NCBI RefSeq assembly: GCF_028368995.1
Contig: NZ_JAQNDL010000001.1
Coordinates: forward strand, 2,336,001 to 2,400,000
Source: Nannocystis bainbridge
GTDB lineage: Bacteria; Myxococcota_A; Polyangia; Nannocystales; Nannocystaceae
Direction of reading: 5' to 3'
DNA: 64,000 bases
This document shows, piece after piece, positions 25,447 through 34,914 of this stretch (position 1 is the stretch's first letter; each line of letters begins with the position of its first letter). The notes beneath the pieces are model-generated. The model saw nothing but the letters and a program-made list of their open reading frames with translations, searched no databases and was not told the DNA's origin. A program made the position numbers and the translations under genes.

Positions 25447-26367
25447 ATGATCGCGCACTCGATCCCGGGACCGGCGAAGCGGCCCGCTTTGAAGCTCGCG
25501 GCGGCCCTCCTCGCCGTCACGCTCCCGATCACGACGCTCCCGCTGCCGGCCCTGGCCGCCGAGGACGTCACGCCGGCCCGCGCCGCGGGCGTGCGCAAGA
25601 CCGTGCAAGATCGCGCGAAGCCGATGCTGAGCCGCGATCCCGGCGGCGCCGCCTCCCTGCTCGCCGGCGAGGCCAAGAAGACCAGCGACCCGGTCCTCTT
25701 CATCGACGCCGGCGAGGCTTACCTCGCCGCGGGCGTCGCCGAGCGCGACAAGGCCGCGCTCGAGCAGGCCATCGAGCAGGCCTCGATCGGCCTCGACATC
25801 GCCGCCTTCCAGCAGGACCCGCGCTGCGACCCCGGCTGGCAGCACCTCGACGCCGGCGAGTTCGAGCGCGAGGTGAGCCGCGGCAAGCAGGTCATCGAGG
25901 ACAGCGAGAAGGCCATCGCCGACCTCGACAAGCCGGTCGAGGCAGAGCCGCCGGTCGAGGAGCCGAAGAAGGACAAGGGCACCACCCCGCGCGACGGTCG
26001 CGGCCTCATCGCCGGCGGCGCGCTGGCGACCGTGGTCGGCGTCGGCGGCCTGGCGATGATCGGCGCCGGCCTGGCGCTCAGCAGCAAGGCGCAGAAGGAC
26101 GTCGACGCGCTCGACCCGTCGGCGATCGACTACGACGCCCAGTTCAACGACATCGACAAGAAGGGCAAGACCGCCAACGTGGTCGCCTACGCCGGCATCG
26201 GCGTGGCGGCCGTCGGCCTCGGCGTCGGCATCGCCCTGCTCGCGCTCGGCGTCAAGAAGCGCAAGGCCTACCGCGCCGAGCACGGCGGCAGCGAGACGGC
26301 GCGCTGGAACGTCGCCCCCGCGCTGGGCTACGGCTACGGCGGCCTCACCCTCGGCGGTCGCTTCTGA
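25447..26367 (+). CDS. secreted hypothetical protein with C-terminal hydrophobic Gly-rich helices ending LGGRF
   Basis: Signal peptide, helical N-domain and the typical myxobacterial GLTLGGRF terminus. Confidence 0.75.
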   Translation: MIAHSIPGPAKRPALKLAAALLAVTLPITTLPLPALAAEDVTPARAAGVRKTVQDRAKPMLSRDPGGAASLLAGEAKKTSDPVLFIDAGEAYLAAGVAERDKAALEQAIEQASIGLDIAAFQQDPRCDPGWQHLDAGEFEREVSRGKQVIEDSEKAIADLDKPVEAEPPVEEPKKDKGTTPRDGRGLIAGGALATVVGVGGLAMIGAGLALSSKAQKDVDALDPSAIDYDAQFNDIDKKGKTANVVAYAGIGVAAVGLGVGIALLALGVKKRKAYRAEHGGSETARWNVAPALGYGYGGLTLGGRF

Positions 26368-26405
26368 CCCCGAGGACATTCCCCTTCGACCAGGAACTTT
26401 CGGCC

Positions 26406-26801
26406 ATGTCCCTTCGTACACCCGCCGTCCTGTCCGCCCTCGCCCTCGCCCTGACCCTCGGCGCCGCCGCCCCGGCCCGCGCCGCCGCCGCCTGCTCCGA
26501 CGCCAGCGGCGTGTGCCTGTCGGACGACAAGGCCAAGTGGGAGCCCGACACCTCGCTGTCGACCAAGCAGCTCAAGGCCAAGCGCAAGGGCCCCGCCTGC
26601 AAGGTCGCGTTCGAGATCGACGGCGGCCGCGGCAGCGTGTTCGTCAACGGCCGCTACGCCGGCACCGCCCCGGGCGCCAACCTGTCGCTGCTGCCCGGCA
26701 AGCACGACATCCAGGTCCGCGACGGCCAGAAGATCCTCGCCGAGGGCGTGCTCACGGTGCCCAAGGCCGGCAGCCTGCAGGTCACCGTGCGCCACGGGTG
26801 A
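26406..26801 (+). CDS. PEGA-domain secreted protein
   Basis: Signal peptide; SVFVNGRYAGTAP...LLPGKHDIQV PEGA-like pattern. Confidence 0.75.
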   Translation: MSLRTPAVLSALALALTLGAAAPARAAAACSDASGVCLSDDKAKWEPDTSLSTKQLKAKRKGPACKVAFEIDGGRGSVFVNGRYAGTAPGANLSLLPGKHDIQVRDGQKILAEGVLTVPKAGSLQVTVRHG

Positions 26802-26818
26802 GATCCCAGCTCCGCAGG

Positions 26819-26896
26819 GACATGTCCTCGCGAGCATGTCTCTGAGGGCCTGTCCTGCCGGGCATGTTTTGAAGAACATGCCCTGAAGTGCATCCC
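26819..26896. repeat. 14-bp-period motif array (6 units)
   Basis: GACATGTC 26819, AGCATGTC 26833, GGCCTGTC 26847, GGCATGTT 26861, AACATGCC 26875, TGCATCCC 26889. Confidence 0.85.
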
Positions 26897-27051
26897 CTGC
26901 GGGCTCGGCCGCTCACGTGAGCAGCTCGGCGACGGTGAGCGCTCGAGCCCCACGACGCGCGACGGGTTCATTGCCGATCCCGCCGGGCAGGTCGTCGTCG
27001 GGGTCGCCGCCCCGCCTGCGCCCTTGCAGCGCGGAGATCGGTGACCTCGAG

Positions 27052-27073
27052 GACATGTCCGATACGACATGTC
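27052..27073. repeat. 14-bp-period motif pair
   Basis: GACATGTC at 27052 and 27066, next to the stop of the PLC-like gene. Confidence 0.75.
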
Positions 27074-27087
27074 CTTGAATGCCGACC

Positions 27088-28110
27088 TCACACGCCGTTG
27101 AGCGCGTCGACGACCGCGAACAGATCGCCGCGCTCGTAGTAGTCGACCGCGACGAAGTTGGGGAAGTCGCCGCTCGCCTGCATGCACTCGACCACGCGCG
27201 CGTGCAGGACCTCGTAGGTGTTGACGGCGATCGCGTTCATCTCGAGCGGCAGGTCGAGCACGCTGTTGACCCAGTGGTTGACGAGGAACAGCGGGTTGTC
27301 GGCGCTGCCGCGGTTGAGCGCGCACGAGAACGCGTCGGGGCTCATGTACGAGTACGGCGTGTCCCAGGCGAGGTCCCACAGGTGGTGGTACCACGCGGGC
27401 GGCGGCCCGCCCTGCTCGGCGGTGACGACGAGGCGCGTGTCGGCGGCGATCATCTCCGCGAGCGTCGGGAACGGCCCGCCCTCGTACACGAAGAGCCGGT
27501 CCTCGAGCCCGAGCGCCGCGAAGTCGGCGAGGATGTCGGCGGTGTCGGCCGAGTCCTCGTAGAGGATCGTCACGACCTCGCGCGGGTGCTCGTCCAGGAA
27601 TGCGGCGATGTCGGCGAGCACCTCGACGTGCGGCGTCCTGCCGTAGGAGCAGACGCCGTGGCACAGCGCCGTCTCGCCCTCGTCGAGGTGGACGTCGAGC
27701 ATCAAGGCGCGCACGCCGTCGCCCAGCTGGGCCGCGACCGTGCGCCGCTGATTGGCCACCAGCGGCGTGAAGCCTGCCTCCTGCGCCGAATAGCTGTTGT
27801 GCGTGCACGGATAGGCGACCTCGTCGTAGCGGCGCGAGCACAGCGCGACGTGCCCGTTGCACGCCAGCGCCTCGTCCTCGGTGGTCGAGCCGCCGGTGAC
27901 CTCGGTCGTCGTCGCCTCGGTCGGCGAGCCGGTGGTCCCTGTCGCACTCGTCACCTCGTTCGACGATCCGCTCGCGCCGTCCCCGCTGGAGCCGGACACC
28001 GTCGCGCTCGCCGTCGAACCCTCACCCGTGTCGGCATCGGTGGCGGACGTCGCCGACCCACCGGGGCAGGCGACGAGCAGGAGGGCGACGAGCAGCGGAC
28101 GTGGGCTCAT
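27088..28110 (-). CDS. PI-PLC-like phosphodiesterase lipoprotein
   Basis: Lipobox LLVAC; CNGHVALCSRRYDEVAYPCTHNSY, QLGDGVRALMLDVH, LCHG, EVVTILYED and PNFVAVDYY. Confidence 0.85.
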   Translation of the reverse strand: MSPRPLLVALLLVACPGGSATSATDADTGEGSTASATVSGSSGDGASGSSNEVTSATGTTGSPTEATTTEVTGGSTTEDEALACNGHVALCSRRYDEVAYPCTHNSYSAQEAGFTPLVANQRRTVAAQLGDGVRALMLDVHLDEGETALCHGVCSYGRTPHVEVLADIAAFLDEHPREVVTILYEDSADTADILADFAALGLEDRLFVYEGGPFPTLAEMIAADTRLVVTAEQGGPPPAWYHHLWDLAWDTPYSYMSPDAFSCALNRGSADNPLFLVNHWVNSVLDLPLEMNAIAVNTYEVLHARVVECMQASGDFPNFVAVDYYERGDLFAVVDALNGV

Positions 28111-28199
28111 CTGCGCAGGATATCCGACGCTCGCCGGTCGCTGCACCGCGCGGGCTCGCCCGTCGCAGTCCCTCGCCGGAGTGATACGCTGGCGGCACG

Positions 28200-28847
28200 A
28201 TGATGAAAGCCTTCCCCTCGCCTACCGACCTCGCTCCCCGTCACGCCCTCGCTGCCGACCTGACGCTCGGCAGCGCCGTGGGGACGCTGTTCGGCCTGCT
28301 CGTGGGCCTGTCCGGCTCGACCGCGGTGGCCGCGATCGCGGCGGTGGCCACCGCCCTCGCCGGCTCCGTGGTGGTGCTCCGCGGCTCCGAGACCGCCATC
28401 CGCCCGGCCCGCGCCGGCGCGCTCGCCGTGGCCGCCGTGGCCTCCCTGGTCTTCGGGACATGGCTCCAACGCCATGACGCGCTCGGCCCGACGCCGGCCG
28501 AGGACGTGGCCGCGTGGCAAGCCGCGGGCCTCAGCAAGCGCGACGCGCTGACCGTCACCGCCGGCATGTGGACCGGCTCGCAGCTGCAGCTGGCTCCCGC
28601 CGCCAAGGCCCCCAAGGCGGTCGACCAGCGCAAGCTGACCCCGTCGAAGCGCATGGCCAAGCGCTCGGCCGAGCAGTACTGCGCCGACCTCGAGCGCCGC
28701 AAGTACACGCCGGTCGAGGAGCTCCGCTCGTGGAAGATGCGCGGCGACTCGTGGCGCCAGGCCGCCAAGTTCGTCGAGACCCTTCCGTGCGGCCTCCGCC
28801 TCAAGACGATGAACGAACTGCGCGCGGTCGCCTGCGGCCGCCACTGA
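28200..28847 (+). CDS. hypothetical membrane protein
   Basis: Three hydrophobic segments followed by a basic soluble domain; high-GC3 codon usage. Confidence 0.65.
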   Translation: MMKAFPSPTDLAPRHALAADLTLGSAVGTLFGLLVGLSGSTAVAAIAAVATALAGSVVVLRGSETAIRPARAGALAVAAVASLVFGTWLQRHDALGPTPAEDVAAWQAAGLSKRDALTVTAGMWTGSQLQLAPAAKAPKAVDQRKLTPSKRMAKRSAEQYCADLERRKYTPVEELRSWKMRGDSWRQAAKFVETLPCGLRLKTMNELRAVACGRH

Positions 28848-28933
28848 TTCTAAAAAGTCGCACGAGGACGCGGGCTGCACGAGATCGCCAGCGATCCGCG
28901 CAGCCTTGCCGCCAAGTGACAGGCCCCGCGAAC

Positions 28934-29330
28934 CTCGCCGACGATGGCCGCGAAGCAGCCCGCCCTTCGCACGGACTTCGCCAGCGATGACCGCCTCCCC
29001 GCTCGCCCGTCGCTCGTACCTTCGCCAGCGATGCCCGCGCCGCTCCCCGCTCGAGCGTCGCTCGTACCCTTCGCCAGCGATGCCCGCGCCGCTACCCGGT
29101 CGCACGTCGGTCGTACTTCGCCAGCGATGACAGCGATGACCGCGCCGCTCCCCGCTCGCCCGTCGCTCGTACCTTCGCCAGCGATGCCCGCGCCGCTACC
29201 CGCTCGCCCGTCGCTCGTACTTCGCCAGCGATGCCCGCGCCGCTCCCCGCTCGCCCGTCGCTCGTACTTCGCCAGCGATGCCCGCGCCGCTGTCCGCCGG
29301 CTCGTTTGCACCGATCTCGCCAGCGAGGGC
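28934..29330. repeat. non-coding ~47-bp tandem repeat (minisatellite), 7 conserved unit starts plus 2 degenerate
   Basis: CTTCGCCAGCGATG starts at 28976, 29020, 29069, 29116, 29173, 29220 and 29267 (periods 44, 49, 47, 57, 47, 47). Consensus CTTCGCCAGCGATGCCCGCGCCGCTCCCCGCTCGCCCGTCGCTCGTA. Confidence 0.92.
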
Positions 29331-29431
29331 CGCATCACACCCGCCGGCTCGTCGCGCGAACTTCGTGCCGATCCGCGCGAGCATGCGTCCCGTGAGCTGT
29401 ATGACCCACGGGACATGCCCTCAGAGACAGA

Positions 29432-30940
29432 TCAGAGTCGACGAGAGCGGCCGGCCCGCGGCTCGCTCGCCTGAACCGGCGGCGGTCCGCCGGTCCGCCA
29501 CGCCGCCGCGAGCGCCCCGAGGGTCCGGAACGCCTGGTCCTGGCGCAGGTCGAGCTGCTCCCGGCCACGCATGTCGGCGATGTACTCATCGAGCGTGCGC
29601 CCCCCGCCAGTGATGGCCAGCGCGCCGAGCATGACGTCGATGATCGCCTTCGGATCCTCGATGCGAAGGATGTGCGGCTGCGGCAAGACCTCGCCCCACT
29701 GCCGCAAAATGACATCATCGTTGTAGCTGGCATACACACCAGCATCGGCCGGATGCTCCGCAGGCCGCTCGGCAGGGTCATAGTCGAACTCGAGGATGGC
29801 AACCTCGCTGTCGGCGCCAGTCTCCCCCTTCCCGGAGATCGTCCGGCTGAAATGCTGAACCTGGCCGTTGATCTCGACCTCGACACGAAACTCCGTGGGC
29901 CGCCGGTCCGGCTCGTGGAACCGATAGTTGTGGACGAACACGCGGTAGCGGCCGGCGGGGGCGGTGCCGCGGATCCACTGGACGTTCTCGACCGGCTTGG
30001 TCGATTCGCCGCGGACGTTCATGTCGACGTCGAGCCAGCCGCCGCACTGCGAGCGCTTGTGGGCGTAGTAGATGTGTTCGCCGGAGGGCGCGACGACGTG
30101 GAGGTCGAGGTCGTTGCGGTTGTCCCAGATCAGCGACGCGCGGATGTCGACGCCCTCGTAGCGGCCGCCGGCCTGGATGACGCGCTGGCGGATCTCGGCG
30201 TCGATGTCGGCGCGGCGCTCGGACATCGATTTCTGCGGGTAGATGAGGAAGGTGTGGAACTTGTCCTGCAGCTCGCGGAAAATCGCGCGACTGTCGACGC
30301 CGGTCGCGCCGGGCTGCTCGTAGAAGCCTTCGCGCGCGTCGCCGGCCTGCACCGGCCGCGCCTCGGGCATGTCGTGGCCGAGCACGCGCTTGACCTGCTC
30401 GGCGCTGACTTCGGGGTAGAAGCCCTCGTCGCCGAGGAAGAAGAAGTAGCCCTTGGCGCCGCGCTCGAGGCACGCGAGCTTGGAGTGGCGCGCGTAGTAA
30501 TACGCCGCGAGCTCGTAGGACTCCTGGCCCGAGCCGCCGCCGCCCTCCTCGATCCAGCACTTGCTGAGCGCCTCGTCGAGGCGGTTGTCGGCCTCGAACT
30601 GGCCGATCTGGATCGGCGCCTTGTCGCCGGCGGTGGCGTCCCCGATCGCGCAGAAGCTGATCGCCGCGCCGGGTACGTAGCCCTTGAGCTCGATCTGGCC
30701 GATGAACAGCGGCAGCTTGGCGTAGATGATGCGGGTGTCGTCGCCGCGCGAGCGGGTCACGTCCATCGCCACCACGATCGGGGTCTGGTTCATGCACTCG
30801 CGCAGCTTGCCGCGCGCGTCGAGCAGCGGGTGTACGCCTCGCGCCCCGTGCGGGCTGGTCTCGCCGCGGTAGGTGAACACGTCGCCGCCGCGCGAGCGCG
30901 ACTCCCTCGCCACTTCGCCGTCGTAACTTCCGCCGCCCAT
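29432..30940 (-). CDS. vWA-like protein with an inserted YfaP/DUF2135-like domain
   Basis: MGGGSY N-terminus, IVVAMDVTRSRG, QIGQFEAD, EGGGG..ESYELAAYY and FFLGDE; insert SLIWDNRNDLDLHV..PSGEHIYY...GGWLDVD...VENVQW...GRYRVFVHNY. Confidence 0.75.
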   Translation of the reverse strand: MGGGSYDGEVARESRSRGGDVFTYRGETSPHGARGVHPLLDARGKLRECMNQTPIVVAMDVTRSRGDDTRIIYAKLPLFIGQIELKGYVPGAAISFCAIGDATAGDKAPIQIGQFEADNRLDEALSKCWIEEGGGGSGQESYELAAYYYARHSKLACLERGAKGYFFFLGDEGFYPEVSAEQVKRVLGHDMPEARPVQAGDAREGFYEQPGATGVDSRAIFRELQDKFHTFLIYPQKSMSERRADIDAEIRQRVIQAGGRYEGVDIRASLIWDNRNDLDLHVVAPSGEHIYYAHKRSQCGGWLDVDMNVRGESTKPVENVQWIRGTAPAGRYRVFVHNYRFHEPDRRPTEFRVEVEINGQVQHFSRTISGKGETGADSEVAILEFDYDPAERPAEHPADAGVYASYNDDVILRQWGEVLPQPHILRIEDPKAIIDVMLGALAITGGGRTLDEYIADMRGREQLDLRQDQAFRTLGALAAAWRTGGPPPVQASEPRAGRSRRL

Positions 30941-31132
30941 GCTCGCTCCGGGCGCGCGGAGGATGGTCTTCGGGACAGGTCATGCCCGGGCCGCGCGCCG
31001 GTCTGCACCGTAGCGCGGCCGGCCCGGTGGCTCAACGAGCGTGAACGCGCCCCCGCGGACGCGCTCGCCGCTCCGCGCATGGAGCACGCGAAGGATACGC
31101 TCGGCGATCGCCGAGCTCTGGCGCTCGCCTGC

Positions 31133-32518
31133 TCAGCGATCGCCGAGGTCGGAGAGCTTGCCGTTGAGGCGGTTCACGTCGAGCATGCGCGCCATGCCCT
31201 CGCCGCCGGCGGTCGCGTACGAGGCGTGGCGCGCGAAGTCGCCGTGGGCCAGGCGGTAGAGCTCGTGCGCGCCGGTCGGGTCGCCGTGCAGACGGGCGCG
31301 ATCGCCGAGGCGCTCGGCGACGGAGGCCCGACGCAGCAGGTGGACATCGTCGCAGACGTCGATCGCGCGCAGGGCCGCGAGCGCTGAGACATGGTCGCGC
31401 TCGCCGGCGAGCCGCTCGACGTCGGCCAGGGCCGCCGCCTCGGGGTCGGGCTCCTCACGCGCCAGCAGCTCGTCGTAAAGCTCGAGCCAGATCCGCCGCA
31501 CGTCCTCGGCCAGGCGGCGCAGCGCGTCGTGGCGCTCGCCGGTGAAGCAGGTCGCCAGCATCTCGATCGCCAGCGGCGGCGACTGATCGGCCCACCTGGG
31601 CTCGAGGACATGTCCCTCGCAACATGTCTCTGAGGCCATCAGACCCATGCGGCCCATGGTGCGGCGCGGGTCGTTCGGATCGTCGGGCGTGCGCGCCAGC
31701 TCGGCGCGCACGTCGAGCAACACCGCGGCGAGCGGCCGGGGCCGGCGCTCGTCGCGGTCGGTGGTGGCGAGGCGGACCTGCTCGTCGGCGTGGAGGAAGA
31801 AGACGCCGCGGTGGAGCAGCGCGTTGCCGCAGCGGACCACCCCACCGAGCGCGTCTTGCTGCGAGTCGGCGGCGCCGAGCTCGACGGCGCGGCGGAAGTG
31901 GCCCACGGCGCGCCGCAGGTGGCCGCGACGCTCGACGAGGCCGGCCAGGCGGAGGTGGGCCTCGGCGGGCCGGTAGCAGCCGCAGCGCAGCGCCAGGCGC
32001 AACGCCGACTCGGCCTCGGCGTGCTCGCCGAGCGCGAGGAAGATGCGTGCGCGGTTGAGGTAGGCGTCGCCGTACCATGCGCGTCGGGCCAGCGCCTGTT
32101 GCAAGTCCTCGAGGCCGCCGCGCGGGTCGCCGGCCTTGACCCCGCGCAGCCAGCCGCGCAGGTTCCACACCTCGGCCCAGTCGGGCCGCCGCTGCAGCGC
32201 CGCCTCGACCGGCACCAGCGCCTCGGCTGGCTGGCCGACGGCCACGCACGCGTCGGCGAAGTTGTAGAGCGCCGCGGTGGTGTCGGGTGCGGCGGCCACA
32301 GCGTCGCGCAGCAGGTCGAGGCCCTGTCCCATCGCTTCTGGCCGATGAGACAGGCTCGTCGTCAGCAGCCAGCCGGCGTAGTTGAGCGCCCCGGCGTGGC
32401 GCGGGTCGAGCTTGATCGCCGCCTCGAAGGCGGCCAGCGCCGCGTCGACCTCACCGGCCCGGGCCCGCCGCTCGCCCTCGGCGTACGCTTCGTCGGCTGT
32501 CTTGAAGGACATGTCCAA
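31133..32518 (-). CDS. tetratricopeptide repeat protein
   Basis: Multiple TPR consensus units (ALAAFEAAIKLDP..AGALNYAG; AEVWNLRG; AYLNRARI; AHLRLAG). Start TTG 32518 or ATG 32512. Confidence 0.8.
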   Translation of the reverse strand: MDMSFKTADEAYAEGERRARAGEVDAALAAFEAAIKLDPRHAGALNYAGWLLTTSLSHRPEAMGQGLDLLRDAVAAAPDTTAALYNFADACVAVGQPAEALVPVEAALQRRPDWAEVWNLRGWLRGVKAGDPRGGLEDLQQALARRAWYGDAYLNRARIFLALGEHAEAESALRLALRCGCYRPAEAHLRLAGLVERRGHLRRAVGHFRRAVELGAADSQQDALGGVVRCGNALLHRGVFFLHADEQVRLATTDRDERRPRPLAAVLLDVRAELARTPDDPNDPRRTMGRMGLMASETCCEGHVLEPRWADQSPPLAIEMLATCFTGERHDALRRLAEDVRRIWLELYDELLAREEPDPEAAALADVERLAGERDHVSALAALRAIDVCDDVHLLRRASVAERLGDRARLHGDPTGAHELYRLAHGDFARHASYATAGGEGMARMLDVNRLNGKLSDLGDR

Positions 32519-32522
32519 GCGC

Positions 32523-33233
32523 TCAGGAGAAGGGTAGGGCCGACGCGCCGATCACCAGCGGGTGGGCGGCGATGATCGCGGCGGCGATCAGGAGGGCCAC
32601 GCCGGCGCGCCACAAACCGATCTCGCCGGGCACGAAGCTGTTGCGGCCGGCGGCGATGGCGGCGAACGGGACGATCGAGGTGACGGCGGCGTAGCGCTGC
32701 CAGCCGATCGGGTCCCGGCGGGCCCGCTTGCGGTCGATGCTGAACATGCCGGCCAGCGCCGGCACGGCGATCGCTGCGAACAGCACCAGCGACGCCACGT
32801 CCCCGTTGGCGGCCGCGTGCGTCGCGGCCCACAGCACGAAGCCCCACAGCAGCGGGTGACGGGTGATTCGCAAGATCCCGCGGGCCGGCGTCGGGGCTTG
32901 CAGCACGCGCTCCATGCCCACCGACGTCGGGTTCGGCGTCGTCAGCGAGCCGACGATCAGCAGCAGCGCGACCGGCATGACGACCAGCGGCGTCCACAAC
33001 GCCGCCAGGCCCGGCACCCACAGGTCGAAGTTGACCCCCGGGGCGGCGGCGCTGCGGTAGGCCATCACCAGCGCGACCAGGCCGGCGAGCGACAGCAGGG
33101 AGAACATGCCCTGGAAGCCAGGTTCGCGGATCTCGGCGACGAGGACCCGCCGCAGCGGTGAACCGGCGACCACGAGGTGGAGCAGGATCCACGCCCCGGC
33201 GGTCACGATCAGCGCGGTGAGCTCCGGCGTCAT
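32523..33233 (-). CDS. NnrU family membrane protein
   Basis: GILRITRHPLLWGFVLWAATH..ANGD.AS and IDRKR...TSIVPFAAI.AGR NnrU signature. Confidence 0.88.
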   Translation of the reverse strand: MTPELTALIVTAGAWILLHLVVAGSPLRRVLVAEIREPGFQGMFSLLSLAGLVALVMAYRSAAAPGVNFDLWVPGLAALWTPLVVMPVALLLIVGSLTTPNPTSVGMERVLQAPTPARGILRITRHPLLWGFVLWAATHAAANGDVASLVLFAAIAVPALAGMFSIDRKRARRDPIGWQRYAAVTSIVPFAAIAAGRNSFVPGEIGLWRAGVALLIAAAIIAAHPLVIGASALPFS

Positions 33234-33263
33234 GCCGGGGACTGTCGCACGCCCCCGAGGGGC

Positions 33264-34817
33264 CTAGAAGAGCTTCCAGCCCTTCTTGGCGGGCGCTGCT
33301 GGCGGCGTGGGTGCGGCGGGCTTGGGCGCTTCGGGGGCCTTGGTGGTAGGCGCGATCGCAGCGTCCGGCGTCGGCGCGCGCGGGCTCGAGCCCGACGGCG
33401 GCTTGCCGGGCCCGCCATGCTTGGCGAGCAGCGCCCTCGCGCGGGCCAGCAGCGGCTGGCCGCGCGCCGGATCGACCATCGCCACGAAGCAGGCGTAGCC
33501 GTGCACGGCGGCCAGCACGTCGCCGCCCTTGCCCCAGCGCTTGCCCGCGGGCCCGTCCTTCTCGATCTGGAACAGCGTCGCCCGGAACTTGCGCAGCTCG
33601 TCGCGGGCCACGCTCGGCTTGTCGTTGACGACGATGCCGGTGACCTCTTGCCGGCGACCGCGACGCATTACCCGCGTCTTGTCCGGGTGCACCACGAAGC
33701 CCTCGTGCGCGACGATGTCGGCGACCCCGCGCAGCAGCTTGCCGACGCGCTTGCTCTCGGCCGCCTCGCCGCGGCCGCTGAACGTGAGGTCGTCGGCGTA
33801 GCGGGTGTAGACGAAGCCCAGCGCCTGCGCGAGCCCGTGCAGGCGGCTGTCGAGGCGGCGGCACAGCAGGTTGGTGATCGCCGGGCTGCACGGCGAGCCC
33901 TGCGGCAGGTAGCGCTGCCCGCGGGCGACGAACCAGGTCGTGCCGTCGAGCGCGACCTCGTCGACGTCCGGCTCGGTGCAGATCAGCGCCAGCGTCGTCG
34001 CCACCGACTCGCTGTAGCCGAGGTGGCGGATGGCGCCCTTGACCCGCGGGAACGACACCGTCGGGAAGAAGTCCTTGAGGTCGAGGTTGACGACCACGTC
34101 GGCGCCGACGTGGGGCTTGGCGTTGGAGACGATCGAGCGCCCGGCGACGAACCCATGAGCGTGCGGGTCGACGTTCAGCTTGGCGAAGATGTGCTCGAGC
34201 GCCCACGTCTGGGCCCGCTTGAGGCGGGGCATCGGCGCGGAGATCAGGCGGAAGCCGCCTGTCTTTTTGGGCAGGAGGAAGCGGCGGTAATGCGAGACGC
34301 GCGAGACCTTGCGGTCGTAGGCGAGGAAGCGCAGCGCCTTGACCTCGACGCCGATCGCCTTGGCCAGCTCCTCGGGCGTGGCGAGCAGCGGCAGGCCCGC
34401 TTGCTTCAGCGTCTCTGCGTCGGCTGTCCTGTGGGACATGCCCCCGGAGACATCCACGCCGAGGTGGAGGATCTCGCCGGCCTTGCGCGCGGCCCACTTC
34501 TGGGCCCGCTCCTGGCGCTCACGCTCGCGCCGGGCCTTCGTCTCCTTCTGCTTGCGCCGCGACTCGAGCAGCCGGGCCTTGCGCTGCTCGGCGATCAGGA
34601 CCTTCTCGTTGTAGAGCTTGCGCGACTTCTCGCGCAGCTCGGCGAGCTGGCGCTCGAGCTCGCCGCGGCGCCGAATCTCCTCGGCCGGGTCGTGCGGCAC
34701 CGTTCCTTGCGCCGGCCAGAACCCGAGGCGAACCATCTCCTCGAGGATCACTTCCTCCTTGGAGGTGCTGCGGATCCGCTCGTACAGGGCTTCGCGGGTT
34801 GTCGGTTGGCCGGCCAT
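33264..34817 (-). CDS. retron reverse transcriptase with N-terminal charged/coiled-coil extension
   Basis: PKKTGGFRLISAP, AHGF, region X NAKPH, DLKDFFP, LPQGSPCSP, YTRYADDLTFS and region Y RQEVTGIVVN. Confidence 0.96.
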   Translation of the reverse strand: MAGQPTTREALYERIRSTSKEEVILEEMVRLGFWPAQGTVPHDPAEEIRRRGELERQLAELREKSRKLYNEKVLIAEQRKARLLESRRKQKETKARRERERQERAQKWAARKAGEILHLGVDVSGGMSHRTADAETLKQAGLPLLATPEELAKAIGVEVKALRFLAYDRKVSRVSHYRRFLLPKKTGGFRLISAPMPRLKRAQTWALEHIFAKLNVDPHAHGFVAGRSIVSNAKPHVGADVVVNLDLKDFFPTVSFPRVKGAIRHLGYSESVATTLALICTEPDVDEVALDGTTWFVARGQRYLPQGSPCSPAITNLLCRRLDSRLHGLAQALGFVYTRYADDLTFSGRGEAAESKRVGKLLRGVADIVAHEGFVVHPDKTRVMRRGRRQEVTGIVVNDKPSVARDELRKFRATLFQIEKDGPAGKRWGKGGDVLAAVHGYACFVAMVDPARGQPLLARARALLAKHGGPGKPPSGSSPRAPTPDAAIAPTTKAPEAPKPAAPTPPAAPAKKGWKLF

Positions 34818-34914
34818 GAAACAAAGGACGGGGGAAACAAACGCAGGAGGACGGACGGAGGAGACGGACGAAGAAGAATCAGGCGAGGCCGCTCAGCGGC
34901 GCGCGGAATAGGGT

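Noticed and set aside
28934-29330. CRISPR array
   Set aside because: The sequences between the conserved cores are near-identical rather than unique spacers, and there are no cas genes or AT-rich leader.
33264-34817. Group II intron, DGR or CRISPR-associated RT
   Set aside because: It has retron-specific NAxxH and VTG motifs and an adjacent msr-msd structure. No maturase/endonuclease domain, TR/VR pair or cas1 is seen.
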